Source of the DNA: Actinomycetota bacterium
Lineage (GTDB): Bacteria; Actinomycetota; UBA4738; HRBIN12
Direction: 5' to 3'
Assembly (NCBI GenBank): GCA_044865955.1
Contig: JBIOTM010000172.1
Coordinates: forward strand, 1-60,567
DNA: 60,567 nucleotides
Both the position numbers and the translations under genes were made by a program. The notes under the pieces are model-generated. The model was not told the origin of the DNA. It saw nothing but the letters and a program-made list of their open reading frames with translations, and did not search any database. Below, in pieces: positions 45,068-55,197 of this stretch. Within the stretch, counting starts at the first letter, position 1. Each line of letters starts with the position of its first letter.

Positions 45068-46222
45068 CTAGACCCGCGCGAGCGGAACCGTGAACGAGAT
45101 CGTCGTGCCCGTCGGGCCGCTGTCGACCCCGATCTCGCCGCCGTGAGCCTCGACCAGGGTCTTCGCGATCGCCAGGCCGAGGCCGGCACCGCGAGAGTCG
45201 GGCGATCGCGAGAACCGATCGAAGACGTGCGGCAGCTGATCCGACGGGATCCCCGGGCCGGTGTCTGAGACCGCGAACACGACGCCCCCTGGCGTCGCGG
45301 TCGCGGTCACCCGCACCTCGCCGCCCGGCGGGGCGTGCCGCACCGCGTTCGAGAGCAGGTTCGCCAGGACCTCCCCGATCCGCAGTGGATCGACCTCGAG
45401 CGTGGGGAGCCCTTCCGACACGCTGGTCGCGAGGCGCACACCCTTCTCCTGCGCCTGGACCGCGAACGGGGCGACCGCGGCTCCGATCAGCTCTCCCGGC
45501 GCCGCCCGCTCGTGGTGCAGCTTGAGCGCCCCGGCCTCGGCGGTCGACAGGGTCTGGAGGTCCTCCAGCAGGAGCGCCATCACCTTCGTCTCCTCCAGGA
45601 CAGGCCGGAGGTGCGACTCGTCGGTGGGGTAGAGGCCATCGACGATCGCCTCGATGTTCGCCTGGATCACCGAGAGCGGCGTCCGGAGCTCGTGGGTCAC
45701 GTCGGCGAGGAGCTGGCGGCGGCGCTCCTCGTTCGTGCCGAGCCGTTCGGTCATCTCGTTGAAGGCCCGGCCCAAGCGCCGGACGTCGCGCGGGCCGCGT
45801 TCCTGCACGCGCGTCTCGTAGTCCCCGGCGGCGACCCGGTCGGCGGCCTCCATCACCTCGGCCACCGGGGCCGCGACGCCGCGACCGGCGCGCGCCACGA
45901 CGATCACGGCGAGCACGACGAGGAGGATCCCGAGCGGCACGAAGCCCCCTCGGTGCTCCTCACCCCGGAAGAACAGGCCGCCGATCAACGCCGAGAATCC
46001 GGCCATCGCCGCGAAGAAGAGCACCAGGACGAGCACGAACTTGCGGACGAAGCGACGGCGCATCCCCCGCCACGCCTCGGGGCCACGGGGCGGCCACGGC
46101 TCGTCCTCCGGCCACCACGGCGGCGTTCCACCACGCCACGGCGGGCCGCCCCAGCGCGGACCGCCCCAGGGCGGGCCGTGACGGTGGTCGTGATCGTGCC
46201 GGTGCTCGCGATCGTCACTCAT
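45068..46222 (-). CDS. Sensor histidine kinase (HAMP-HisKA-HATPase) with a short extracytoplasmic loop and a His/Trp/Pro-rich N-terminal tail
   Basis: N-tail MSDDREHRHDHDHRHGPPWGGPRWGGPPWRGGTPPWWPEDEPWPP. Two TM helices are separated by about 10 aa. H-box VTHELRTPLSVIQ. HATPase NLLSNAVRHA..DTGPGI..GAGLGLAIAK. Confidence 0.85.
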   Translation of the reverse strand: MSDDREHRHDHDHRHGPPWGGPRWGGPPWRGGTPPWWPEDEPWPPRGPEAWRGMRRRFVRKFVLVLVLFFAAMAGFSALIGGLFFRGEEHRGGFVPLGILLVVLAVIVVARAGRGVAAPVAEVMEAADRVAAGDYETRVQERGPRDVRRLGRAFNEMTERLGTNEERRRQLLADVTHELRTPLSVIQANIEAIVDGLYPTDESHLRPVLEETKVMALLLEDLQTLSTAEAGALKLHHERAAPGELIGAAVAPFAVQAQEKGVRLATSVSEGLPTLEVDPLRIGEVLANLLSNAVRHAPPGGEVRVTATATPGGVVFAVSDTGPGIPSDQLPHVFDRFSRSPDSRGAGLGLAIAKTLVEAHGGEIGVDSGPTGTTISFTVPLARV

Positions 46223-46898
46223 CCGCGAACCGATATCCGACGCCGTGCACGGTCAGGAGGTAGCGAGGCTTCCCCGGAACTGGCTCGAGCTTCTTCCGGA
46301 TGTTCTTCACGTGGGCGTCGATCGCGCGCTCGTAGGACTCGATGGCGACGCCGTGGATCGCGTCGAGGAGCTGGCCCCGGGTGAACACGCGGCCGGGTTC
46401 GCGGGCCAGGGTCGCCAGGAGCTGGAACTCGGTGGGGGTGAGCTCGAGCGGGCGCCCCGCCGCCGTCACCCGCATCCGTTGCGGGTCGATCTCCACGTCG
46501 GCAGCGCGGATGGGTTGGTCCCGCAGCATCTCCGCCGTGTTCGATCGACGGAGCACCGCGCGCACCCTGGCCACCAGCTCCTTCGGGCTGAACGGCTTCA
46601 CGACGTAGTCGTCGGCGCCGAGTTCGAGGCCGACGATCCGGTCGGTCTCCTCGCCTCTCGCGGTCAGCATCACGATCGGGACCCGCGAGGACCGGCGGAG
46701 CTCCCGCGCCACGTCCAGGCCGTCCAGCCCGGGCAGGCCGAGATCGAGCACGACCAGGTCGGGCCTGGACCCGCGGGCGCTGGCGATCGCGGCCTCGCCG
46801 TCGGCGGCCACGACGACCTCGTAGCCGGCGTCCTCGAGGTAGTCGCGCACGACCCGCGCGATCTTCATCTCGTCCTCGACGACCAGGACCGTCTTCAT
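46215..46898 (-). CDS. OmpR/PhoB-family response regulator
   Basis: REC (VLVVEDEMKIARVV..DLVVLDLGLPGLDG) plus winged helix (LTPTEFQLLATLA..YLLTVHGVGYRF). Confidence 0.9.
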   Translation of the reverse strand: MKTVLVVEDEMKIARVVRDYLEDAGYEVVVAADGEAAIASARGSRPDLVVLDLGLPGLDGLDVARELRRSSRVPIVMLTARGEETDRIVGLELGADDYVVKPFSPKELVARVRAVLRRSNTAEMLRDQPIRAADVEIDPQRMRVTAAGRPLELTPTEFQLLATLAREPGRVFTRGQLLDAIHGVAIESYERAIDAHVKNIRKKLEPVPGKPRYLLTVHGVGYRFADE

Positions 46899-46928
46899 CG
46901 CGATCTCTCCACCAGAGCGTGAACGAGC

Positions 46929-46964
46929 GGGGAGGCGGTCGCAACGTCGCGCGACCGCCTCCCC
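46929..46964 (-). promoter_or_regulatory. Perfect 14-bp GC-rich stem-loop between the accessory membrane-protein gene and the response-regulator gene
   Basis: GGGGAGGCGGTCGC (46929-46942), an 8-nt loop, then GCGACCGCCTCCCC (46951-46964). No U-tract follows on the transcribed (minus) strand. Confidence 0.5.
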
Positions 46965-46972
46965 CCGTCCGC

Positions 46973-47338
46973 TCAGACGCTCGACGGCTCGCCGCCGGCG
47001 CTCCCGCCCTCGCCGACGCCGGCTTCGTGCTGGCGCCGGTGCCAGTCCTCGAACCGGTTCTCCCAGGGACCCCGCTCACCGTGCGGGTGATCGTGGCCGC
47101 CCCAGTGGCGCCGCCACATCGCTCCGCGGAAGGCGAACAGGGCCAGGAAGAACAGCGGGAAGAACAGGAAGATCCCGAAGGGGAAGAACCCGCCGTGGCC
47201 GACGTAGCGGACCACCTCGACGGCCTTGCCGCTCTGCTCGAGCCCGTCGTTCACGCCCCAGTTGTAGGCGCCGATCCCCACCCCCACCACGAGCAGGACC
47301 CCCAGGATCGCCGCGATCCATCCGAAGCCGCGTCGCAT
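46973..47338 (-). CDS. Small membrane protein with a His/Trp-rich C-terminal tail, first gene of the OmpR-type two-component operon
   Basis: ATG 47338 follows AAGGAGG (the track start is 47374). TM helices are GFGWIAAILGVLLVVGVGIGAY and GGFFPFGIFLFFPLFFLALFAF. The tail is MWRRHWGGHDHPHGERGPWENRFEDWHRRQHE. Confidence 0.6.
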   Translation of the reverse strand: MRRGFGWIAAILGVLLVVGVGIGAYNWGVNDGLEQSGKAVEVVRYVGHGGFFPFGIFLFFPLFFLALFAFRGAMWRRHWGGHDHPHGERGPWENRFEDWHRRQHEAGVGEGGSAGGEPSSV

Positions 47339-47444
47339 CTCGACCTCCTTGCCGGATGGGTCCCTCCCATCCACGGCTTCAGCGTGGCGTCATGGTGTGA
47401 AGGAGTCGTGAACCTCGTGGGGAGGCTTCGCGTAGGCTGCGGCC

Positions 47445-47975
47445 ATGCTCCAGGGAGAGCGCGTGATCCTCCGTCCGATCCAGGCGTGGGACCGCGAACG
47501 TCTCTACGAGCTGGTCGAGACGATCGAGGTCCGAGCCCTCTCCGGCAACGATCCTCCCTTCCCTCGCTCCCTGCAGGAGATCCAGGCTCGCGACGAACGG
47601 GAGGCGAAGGAACCTCGCACCGATGCCGCGTGGTTCGCGGTCGACGTCGACGGCGAGACGATCGGAGAGGTCGGTCTGCACTCGATCGACCACTACCACC
47701 AGCGAGCCGAGGTGGGGATCAGCCTCGGCCGCCCCTACTGGGGCCGAGGCAACGGCCAGGACGCGCTGCGAACGCTCCTCGACTACGGTTTCCGACACCT
47801 GAACCTCACGAAGATCTCCCTGCGGGTCCTGGCCGACGACGAGCGCGCGGTGGGGGCGTACCGGAAGGCAGGATTCGTGGAAGAGGGCCGGCTGCGCGAT
47901 CACTCCTGGTACGACGGCACGCGACATGACGAGCTCGTGATGAGCGTCCTCCGCGAGGAGTGGATGGGCTCCTAG
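47445..47975 (+). CDS. GNAT N-acetyltransferase (RimJ/RimL-like)
   Basis: RVILRPI..IGEVGLHSID..AEVGISLGRPYWGRGNGQDALRTLLDYGF..NERAVGAYRKAGF. Confidence 0.85.
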   Translation: MLQGERVILRPIQAWDRERLYELVETIEVRALSGNDPPFPRSLQEIQARDEREAKEPRTDAAWFAVDVDGETIGEVGLHSIDHYHQRAEVGISLGRPYWGRGNGQDALRTLLDYGFRHLNLTKISLRVLADDERAVGAYRKAGFVEEGRLRDHSWYDGTRHDELVMSVLREEWMGS

Positions 47976-48499
47976 AGCTCCACGGCGTAGCGGACGACCG
48001 GCTCGTTGGCGCAGTCGAACATGTGCCGGCTCACCGATCCGTCCCACGTCCAACCGGCCTTCTCGTAGAAGCGGCGCGCCCGGACGTTCGCCTCCAGGAC
48101 CCAGAGCGTCGCCCGCGAGCACCCACCGTCGCGGAGTCGATCGATGGCCGCATCGAGCAGCTCGCGACCGACACCGGTTCCGAGGGCCGCGGGCTCCACG
48201 TAGATCGCGGGCACCTCGCCGGTCCCGTCGGGCGCGTCGTCGTCGCGCGACGGACCGAAGGAGGCGAACCCCAGGATCCGGCCGTCGAGCTCTCCCACCA
48301 CCGCGCCGGACGCTGCGTCGGGGTCGGAGAACGCCGCGAGCCACATCGCCTCCCGGTCCTCGACGGAGAGCCGGTCGAGGTAGTCGTCGGGCAGCAGGCC
48401 CCGGTAGGCGTGACGCCAGGAGCCCACGTGCACCTCGGCGACCGACCGGGCGTCGCCGGGTGTGGCCGGGCGGATCAGCAGCGCGGCTCGGCGGACCAT
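47972..48499 (-). CDS. GNAT N-acetyltransferase
   Basis: IRPATPGDA..IYVEPAALGTGVGRELLDAAIDRL..LWVLEANVRARRFYEKAGW. Confidence 0.85.
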   Translation of the reverse strand: MVRRAALLIRPATPGDARSVAEVHVGSWRHAYRGLLPDDYLDRLSVEDREAMWLAAFSDPDAASGAVVGELDGRILGFASFGPSRDDDAPDGTGEVPAIYVEPAALGTGVGRELLDAAIDRLRDGGCSRATLWVLEANVRARRFYEKAGWTWDGSVSRHMFDCANEPVVRYAVEL

Positions 48500-48539
48500 C
48501 GGGCCAGGGTAGCCGGGCGTCGGACGGCCCGACGGCGTC

Positions 48540-49466
48540 CTAGGCCAGGAGCTCGTCGAGCGCTCCGAAGTCCTCCTCGGCGAGCCGCCAGGCCTCGACG
48601 GCGGCGGCGTTCGCCACGACCTGCTCGACGGACGTGGCCCCGGCGATCACCGTGGCGACCTCCGGCTGCGACGCCAGCCACGACAGGGCCAGGTCCAACA
48701 ACGTGTGGCCGCGCTCCTCCGCGAAGGCCGCCAGGCGCTCCACGAGGCCGAAGCGCTCGTCGGTGAGGAACTCCTCCCAGCCGGACCGCGCCAGGCGGGT
48801 CCCGTCCGGGGGTGGCTCGCCCCGCCGGTACTTGCCGGTCAGGAGACCCGAGGCGAGCGGGAAGTACGGCATGAAGCTCATCTCCAGCCGCCGGCAGGCG
48901 GCCAGCACCTCGTCGCGTGGTTCCCGGACCAGCAGGCTGTACTCGTTCTGGACGGTCACGAAGCGATGGACACCCAGCTCCTTCGCGGCCTCCTCGGCCT
49001 CCTCGAGCTGCTTCGCCGAGAAGTTCGAGCAGCCGATCTCGCGCACCTTTCCCTGATCGATCAGCCGGGACATCGACGACAGCGTGTCCTCGATGGGGGT
49101 CGCGTCGTCCGGTGTGTGGAGCAGGTAGACGTCGATGCGGTCCGTGCCAAGCCGTCGCAGGCTCGCGTCACACGCGCGCGAGACCCACACGGGATGGCCG
49201 CCGGTGAACCCCTCCGGCGGCGTCCGCATCCCGAACTTCGACACGATCACGGCCTCGTCCCGTCGCGAGCCGAGCGCCCTCCCGAGGAACTCCTCGGACA
49301 GGCCGTCGCCGTAGAGATCGGCCGTGTCGAACAGGCTCGCTCCCGCCCCGAGGGCGGCCGCCACCACCTCGCGCGAGCGCTCCTCGTCGATCCGTCTCCC
49401 GAAGTTGTTGCACCCGACGCCGGCCAGGGGGACGGGGATCGCCCCGATCGAGCGGGTGGTCGCCAT
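48540..49466 (-). CDS. Aldo/keto reductase
   Basis: FDTADLYGDGLSEEFLG..VSKFG..RLGTDRIDVYLLHTPD..IGCSNF..IAGATSVEQ. Confidence 0.9.
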   Translation of the reverse strand: MATTRSIGAIPVPLAGVGCNNFGRRIDEERSREVVAAALGAGASLFDTADLYGDGLSEEFLGRALGSRRDEAVIVSKFGMRTPPEGFTGGHPVWVSRACDASLRRLGTDRIDVYLLHTPDDATPIEDTLSSMSRLIDQGKVREIGCSNFSAKQLEEAEEAAKELGVHRFVTVQNEYSLLVREPRDEVLAACRRLEMSFMPYFPLASGLLTGKYRRGEPPPDGTRLARSGWEEFLTDERFGLVERLAAFAEERGHTLLDLALSWLASQPEVATVIAGATSVEQVVANAAAVEAWRLAEEDFGALDELLA

Positions 49467-49522
49467 CGGCCCATGTTCCCAGGCTTCGGAATGCCCGGCC
49501 CGCCGCCACGGTTCGCGGAGGT

Positions 49523-49930
49523 ATGGCCTTCACGGCAGGCGAGCTCGGATACCTTCGCTCACAGCTGCTCGGGCGTCTGGCCACCGTTGCCGACGACGGC
49601 CAGCCGGACAACGCGGCGGTGGGGTTCCGGGTCGAGGACGACGGGACGATCCTGATCGGCGGGATGAACCTGACGGGGACCCGGAAGTGGCGGAACGTGC
49701 AGGCGGGGAACGACCGGATCGCGTTCGTCGTCGACGACCTGGCCTCGACGAAGCCGTGGAGGCCACGTGGTGTCCGGATCTACGGGACAGCGGAGCCCGT
49801 GGAGACCCAGGGGCAGTTCGGTCCGGGGACGTACCTCCGGATCACGCCTCGGGTGTCCTGGAGCTGGGGGATCGAGCCCTCGGACGGGAGCGGTCGCTTC
49901 CGTCCGCGTCGCGCCGTCCACGCCCGCTAG
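49523..49930 (+). CDS. PPOX-class (pyridoxamine-5'-phosphate-oxidase-fold) probable F420-dependent protein
   Basis: LGRLATVADDGQPDNAAVGF..GTRKWRNVQAGNDRIAFVVDD..RGVRIYG. GGAGG SD. Confidence 0.75.
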   Translation: MAFTAGELGYLRSQLLGRLATVADDGQPDNAAVGFRVEDDGTILIGGMNLTGTRKWRNVQAGNDRIAFVVDDLASTKPWRPRGVRIYGTAEPVETQGQFGPGTYLRITPRVSWSWGIEPSDGSGRFRPRRAVHAR

Positions 49931-51516
49931 GGCTCGTCGCCCTCCCGCGGGTGGAGCAGGCCGAACAGGTAGGCGTCGGTCAGGGCCTCCCACGACGCCT
50001 CGATGATATTCTCGGAGACCCCCACGGTGGTCCACTCGCGCTCGCCGTTCGAGGTGTCGATCAGGACGCGAACCACGGCGCCGGTGCCGTGGGTCTCGGC
50101 CAGCACGCGGACCCGGTAGTCCTCGAGCTCGATGTGCTCGAGCTCCGGGTAGTCGTTCGTCAGGGCCTTGCGGAGCGCGTCGTCCAGGGCGCCGACCGGG
50201 CCGTGCCCCTCGGCCGATTCGATGTGACGGGTGCCCTTCGTCCGGACCTTGACGGTCGCTTCCGCGAGGGGCGGCTCGCCGTCCCCCACCCGCTCCTCCA
50301 CGTGCACCCGGTAGCTGTCGACCTCGAAGAACGGCTGCGTCCACCCCGAGGCTCTTCGCATCAGCAACTCCAGCGACGCGTCGGCCACCTCGAACGTGTA
50401 GCCGCTGGCCTCGCGGTCCTTCAGGTCCTCGAGCGCGGCCGGGAGCGCCGACTCGTCGATCTCCAGCCCGAACTCCGCGGCCTTCATCTTCAGGGTGGCG
50501 GCCCCGCCGAGGTCCGACGCCACCACGCCTCGGCGGTTGCCGACGACGTTCGGCGGAACGTGCTCGTAGGCCTCGCTGAACCGCGCGACGCCGCTCGCGT
50601 GGAGCCCGGCCTTGTGCGTGAAGGCGAAGCGACCCGCGTACGGCTGCCGGGAGTCGGGGGCGACGTTGGCGACCTCGGCGACGTAATGGGCCACCTCGGT
50701 CAACCGTTCGACCGCGCCGTGGGGCAGGCAGTCGGCGTCCATCTTCAGCACGAGGTTGGCGGCGATCGGCACGATGTCCGCGTTGCCGGTCCGCTCGCCG
50801 TAGCCGTTCACGACCCCCTGGACCTGGAGGACCCCCGCCTCGACCGCCGCGAGCGCCGAGGCGACCGCGCAGCCGGCGTCGTTGTGCGTGTGGATCCCGA
50901 GCGGGACGCCGTCGAGGCGCGCGCGGACCTCCCGGACCACTCGCGCGACCTCGGAGGGCAGCGTGCCGCCGTTCGTGTCGCAGAGCACGAGCCGCTCGGC
51001 CCCCTCCTCGGCGGCGGCTTCCAGCACCCGGAGGGCGAACGTCGCGTTGCCTCGGTACCCGTCGAAGAAGTGCTCGGCGTCGAAGAACACGCGGCGACCC
51101 CGCTCGCGGAGGTGCCGCACGGTGTCGCGGACCATCGCGACGCCTTCGTCCAGATCCGTGCGGAGCGCCTTCTCGACGTGGAGGTCCCAGCTCTTCCCGA
51201 CGAAGCACACCGTCTCCGTCCCGGTGTCGAGGAGGTCGCGGAGGACGGCGCTGCCCTCGGCCGCCTCGCCCGCTCGCCGGGTCATCCCGAAGGCGACGAG
51301 CTCGGCGTTGGCGAGGGTCTCCTTCGTCGCCAAGCGGAAGAACTCGCTGTCGCGCGGGTTCGCCCCGGGCCAGCCGCCTTCGATGTACGGCAGGCCGAGC
51401 TGGTCGAGCTTGTGCAGGATCCGCATCCGGTCCTCGACGGAATAGGAGAGCCCCGGCGCCTGCGCGCCGTCGCGCAGGGTCGTGTCGTAGAGCTCGACGC
51501 GGGGGCCGGCGGTCAT
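49927..51516 (-). CDS. cimA: (R)-citramalate synthase
   Basis: VELYDTTLRDGAQAPGLSYSVEDRMRILHKLDQLGLPYIEGGWPGANPRDSEFF plus the C-terminal LeuA-dimer-like region. ATGA overlap with leuB. Confidence 0.8.
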   Translation of the reverse strand: MTAGPRVELYDTTLRDGAQAPGLSYSVEDRMRILHKLDQLGLPYIEGGWPGANPRDSEFFRLATKETLANAELVAFGMTRRAGEAAEGSAVLRDLLDTGTETVCFVGKSWDLHVEKALRTDLDEGVAMVRDTVRHLRERGRRVFFDAEHFFDGYRGNATFALRVLEAAAEEGAERLVLCDTNGGTLPSEVARVVREVRARLDGVPLGIHTHNDAGCAVASALAAVEAGVLQVQGVVNGYGERTGNADIVPIAANLVLKMDADCLPHGAVERLTEVAHYVAEVANVAPDSRQPYAGRFAFTHKAGLHASGVARFSEAYEHVPPNVVGNRRGVVASDLGGAATLKMKAAEFGLEIDESALPAALEDLKDREASGYTFEVADASLELLMRRASGWTQPFFEVDSYRVHVEERVGDGEPPLAEATVKVRTKGTRHIESAEGHGPVGALDDALRKALTNDYPELEHIELEDYRVRVLAETHGTGAVVRVLIDTSNGEREWTTVGVSENIIEASWEALTDAYLFGLLHPREGDEP

Positions 51517-52616
51517 CGCGCGGCTCCCTCCAGCACCAGGTCCCCGACCTCGGAGGTCGAGAAGCCCATCTCGCCCGCGCGCATCGACGCCATCTTCGAG
51601 ACGGCGAACCGGATCCCGCGATCGGCGCGATCGGCGGCCGCCTCCTGACCCAACTCCCGGAGGAGCAGGACGAGCGCGCCGATCGCGGCGAGGGGGTTGA
51701 TCGTGCCCTTGCCGGTCTCGGACGGCGCCGTTCCGCCGATCGGCTCGAACATCGAGACCCCCTGCGGGTTGATGTTGCCGCCGGCGGCGATCCCGAGCCC
51801 CCCCTGGATCACGGCGCCGAGGTCCGTGATGATGTCACCGAACATGTTGTCGGTCACGATCACGTCGAAGCGTGACGGGTCCTCGATCAGGTAGAGGCAC
51901 GCCGCGTCGACGTGCGCGTAGTCCGTCTCCACCTCGGGGAACGCCGCCGCCAGCTCGTCCACGACCCGCCGGTACAGGTCGCCGGCGTAAGTGAGCACGT
52001 TGGTCTTGTGGACCAGGGTCACCTTCCGACGGCGGCCGGGACGCATCGCGAGCTCGAACGCGTACCACACGACGCGCTCGACCCCGTGGCGGGTGTTGAT
52101 CGACTCCTGCACCGCGACCTCGTGCGGCGTGCCCTTGCGGTGGAACCCGCCGCCACCGGTGTAGAGGCCCTCCGAGTTCTCCCGCACGACCACCATGTCG
52201 ACGTCCGCGTCGGCGTGATGAGGCACCAACGTCCGCACGCCCGGGTACCGGAGGATCGGCCGCAGGTTCACGTACTGGTCGAGCTCGAACCGGATCCGGA
52301 GCAGCAGGTCACGTTCCAGGACGCCGGGCGGCACGCGGGGGTCGCCAACGGCGCCGAGCAGGATCCCGTCGCACCCCGCGAGGCGAAGGAGCTCCTCGTC
52401 CGGGAGGACCTCACCGGTCCGCAGGTAGCGATCGGCCCCCAGGTCGAACCGTTCCAGCTCCACCTCGAAGCCCTCCCGGACCGCCTCGAGCACCTCCAGG
52501 GCTTCGGTCACGACCTCCGGGCCGGTGCCGTCCCCGGGGATCACGCCGATCCGGTACCGGGTCCCGTCGGTGCCGACCCGCCGTGGCCGGACCTCGGTCT
52601 CGACGGCCAGGCTCAC
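51513..52616 (-). CDS. leuB: 3-isopropylmalate dehydrogenase
   Basis: This is the C-terminal 367 aa of track ORF 51513..53699. Motifs: [38 protein letters not shown]. The GTG at 52616 overlaps the leuA stop (GTGA). Confidence 0.85.
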   Translation of the reverse strand: MSLAVETEVRPRRVGTDGTRYRIGVIPGDGTGPEVVTEALEVLEAVREGFEVELERFDLGADRYLRTGEVLPDEELLRLAGCDGILLGAVGDPRVPPGVLERDLLLRIRFELDQYVNLRPILRYPGVRTLVPHHADADVDMVVVRENSEGLYTGGGGFHRKGTPHEVAVQESINTRHGVERVVWYAFELAMRPGRRRKVTLVHKTNVLTYAGDLYRRVVDELAAAFPEVETDYAHVDAACLYLIEDPSRFDVIVTDNMFGDIITDLGAVIQGGLGIAAGGNINPQGVSMFEPIGGTAPSETGKGTINPLAAIGALVLLLRELGQEAAADRADRGIRFAVSKMASMRAGEMGFSTSEVGDLVLEGAAR

Positions 52617-54172
52617 GGGGTGACCTCGCTCCCCGGATCGACCCGCTGCGACTCCTGCATCGCGAGGGCGCGGTTGATCGCCGCGAGGTACGCCCGCGCG
52701 CTCGCCTCCACCACGTCGGTCGCGACGCCCCGGCCGGTCACCCGCCGCCCCTCGATGTCCAGCTGGACCACCACGTCGCCGAGCGCGTCGGAGCCGCCGG
52801 TCACGCTGGACACGTTGAACGTGATCAGTCGGGCCTCGACGCCCGCGGCGCGCTGGATCGCGCCGCAGGCGGCGTCGATCATCCCGTCGCCCATCGCCGA
52901 CTCCTCGATCACCTCGTCGCCCCGGCGGAGCCGGACGGTCGCCGTGGGCGAGAGGTGGGTGCCGCCGCCCGAGGCGAGGGACTCGAGGACGAGAACGTCC
53001 TCCTTCCCGGAACCGACCTCCTCGGACACGATCGCGGCCAGGTCCTGGTCCGTGATCTGGATCTTCCGGTCGGCCAGCTCTTTGAAGCGAGCGAAGGCAC
53101 GGTTCATGTGGTCCGGATCGATCTCGATCCCGACCTTCCCGAGGGCGTCGGCGAAGGCGTGCCGCCCCGAGTGCTTGCCCAGCACGATCCGGTTGCCCTC
53201 GAGACCGATCTCGATCGGGTCCATGATCTCGTAGGTGGCGCGGTTCGCGAGCACGCCGTGCTGGTGGATGCCGCTCTCGTGCGCGAAGGCGCTCGCCCCC
53301 ACCACCGCCTTGTTCGGCTGGACCGAGTACCCCGTCAACGACGAGACGAGCCGGGACGTCCGCACGATCTCCCGGAGGTTGAGCCCGTGGCGGACGCCGA
53401 GGGACTCGCCTCGCGTGCGCACGATCATCGCCATCTCCTCGAGCGAGCAGTTGCCGGCCCGCTCGCCGATCCCGTTCACCGCCACCTCCACCTGCCGGGC
53501 GCCGTGCTCCACGCCGGCGAGCGAGTTCGCGACCGCGAGCCCCAGGTCGTTGTGACAGTGGGTGGAGATGACGACGTGCTCGGGCGTGCGCTCGCGAACC
53601 ACACGGACCAGCTCGCCGAACTCGGCGGGGGTCGCGTACCCGACCGTGTCGGGCACGTTGATCGTCGTCGCGCCGGCCTTCACCGCCACGTCGAAGCACT
53701 CCAGCAGGAAGGCCAGCTCGGTCCGCGTGGCGTCCTGCGCGCTGAACTCCACGTCGTCCGTGTAGCCGACCGCCAGCCGGACACCCTCGTCGATCGCGTC
53801 CAGCACCTGCCGGTGCGACATCCGGAGCATGTCTTCCATGTGGATCTGCGACGTCGAGATGAACACGTGGATCCGGGACCGGTCGGCGCCCTTCAGCGCC
53901 TCGGCCGCGCGCTCGATGTCCCCGGGGACCACCCGGGCCAGCGAGGCGATCACCGGGCCCCGCACGCTGGTGGCGATCTCGCGGACGGCGTCGAACTCGC
54001 CGTCCGACGAGATCGCGAAGCCCGCCTCCAGGATGTCCACGCGCAGCCGGGCCAGCTGCTCGGCGATCTCGACCTTCTCGTCCCTGGTGAGGGCGATCCC
54101 GGGGGCCTGCTCCCCGTCGCGCAGGGTGGTGTCGAAGAACCGGACTACGTCGGGGTCCTTGGCACCGCTCAT
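52613..54172 (-). CDS. leuA: 2-isopropylmalate synthase
   Basis: [50 protein letters not shown] plus a C-terminal regulatory domain. The ATG at 54172 overlaps the ilvC stop (ATGA). Confidence 0.9.
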   Translation of the reverse strand: MSGAKDPDVVRFFDTTLRDGEQAPGIALTRDEKVEIAEQLARLRVDILEAGFAISSDGEFDAVREIATSVRGPVIASLARVVPGDIERAAEALKGADRSRIHVFISTSQIHMEDMLRMSHRQVLDAIDEGVRLAVGYTDDVEFSAQDATRTELAFLLECFDVAVKAGATTINVPDTVGYATPAEFGELVRVVRERTPEHVVISTHCHNDLGLAVANSLAGVEHGARQVEVAVNGIGERAGNCSLEEMAMIVRTRGESLGVRHGLNLREIVRTSRLVSSLTGYSVQPNKAVVGASAFAHESGIHQHGVLANRATYEIMDPIEIGLEGNRIVLGKHSGRHAFADALGKVGIEIDPDHMNRAFARFKELADRKIQITDQDLAAIVSEEVGSGKEDVLVLESLASGGGTHLSPTATVRLRRGDEVIEESAMGDGMIDAACGAIQRAAGVEARLITFNVSSVTGGSDALGDVVVQLDIEGRRVTGRGVATDVVEASARAYLAAINRALAMQESQRVDPGSEVTP

Positions 54173-55182
54173 GACGGCGGCACCTTCTCCTCGCTCCGGA
54201 GCCACGGCATCATCGTCCGCAGCTCCCGCCCCACCTCTTCGAGCTGGGACGAGCGGGCCTCGCGCCGTTTCGCCAGGAACTCCTGGAACCCGCCGTCGGC
54301 TTCGGCGATCCAGCGCTTCGCGAAGGAGCCGTCCTGGATCTCCGCGAGGGCCCGATGCATCGTCTCGCGGGTCCGCTCGTCGATCACGCGCGGGCCGCTC
54401 GTGTAGTCGCCCCACTCGGCCGTGTCGGAGACCGAGTACCGCATCCACGAGAGGCCTCCCTCGTAGATCAGGTCGACGATGAGCTTCATCTCGTGCAGGC
54501 ACTCGAAGTACGCGATCTCGGGCTGGTAGCCCGCCTCGACGAGCGTGTCGAACCCGGAGCGGATCAGCTCCGAGATCCCACCGCAGAGCACCATCTGCTC
54601 GCCGAACAGATCGGTCTCGGTCTCCTCCTTGAAGGTGGTCTGGATGATGCCGGCGCGGGCGGCCCCGATCCCGGCCCCGTACGCGAGGGCGCGCTGGAGC
54701 GCCTTGCCGGTCGCGTCCTGCTGCACGGCCACCAGGGCGGGCGTCCCGATGCCCTCCTCGAACGTGCGACGCACGAGGTGACCCGGGCCCTTGGGGGCGA
54801 TCATCGTCACGTCCACGTCGGCCGGCGGCTGCACGGTCCCGAAGTGGATGGAGAACCCGTGGGCGAACATCAGCATGTCGCCGGCGGAGAGGTTCGGCGC
54901 GATCTCCGTCGGGTAGACCTTCGCGTGCGAGGTGTCGGGGAGCAGCACCATCGTGACGTCCGCCTCGGCCACCGCGTCGGGGGTGTCGAGCACGCGGAGC
55001 CCGGCCCCTTCGGCCGTCGCGCGGCTCGACGAGCCCGGACGGAGGCCGACCCGGACGTCGAACCCGGAGTCCAAGAGGTTCTGCGCGTGGGCATGACCCT
55101 GGGACCCGAACCCGAGGACGGCGATCTTCTGCCCGGCCAGCGCCGAGGGATCGGTGTCCTGCTCGTGGTAGATCGTCGCCAT
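54169..55182 (-). CDS. ilvC: Ketol-acid reductoisomerase
   Basis: [46 protein letters not shown]. Confidence 0.95.
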   Translation of the reverse strand: MATIYHEQDTDPSALAGQKIAVLGFGSQGHAHAQNLLDSGFDVRVGLRPGSSSRATAEGAGLRVLDTPDAVAEADVTMVLLPDTSHAKVYPTEIAPNLSAGDMLMFAHGFSIHFGTVQPPADVDVTMIAPKGPGHLVRRTFEEGIGTPALVAVQQDATGKALQRALAYGAGIGAARAGIIQTTFKEETETDLFGEQMVLCGGISELIRSGFDTLVEAGYQPEIAYFECLHEMKLIVDLIYEGGLSWMRYSVSDTAEWGDYTSGPRVIDERTRETMHRALAEIQDGSFAKRWIAEADGGFQEFLAKRREARSSQLEEVGRELRTMMPWLRSEEKVPPS

Positions 55183-55197
55183 CGGTTCCGGACCTCC

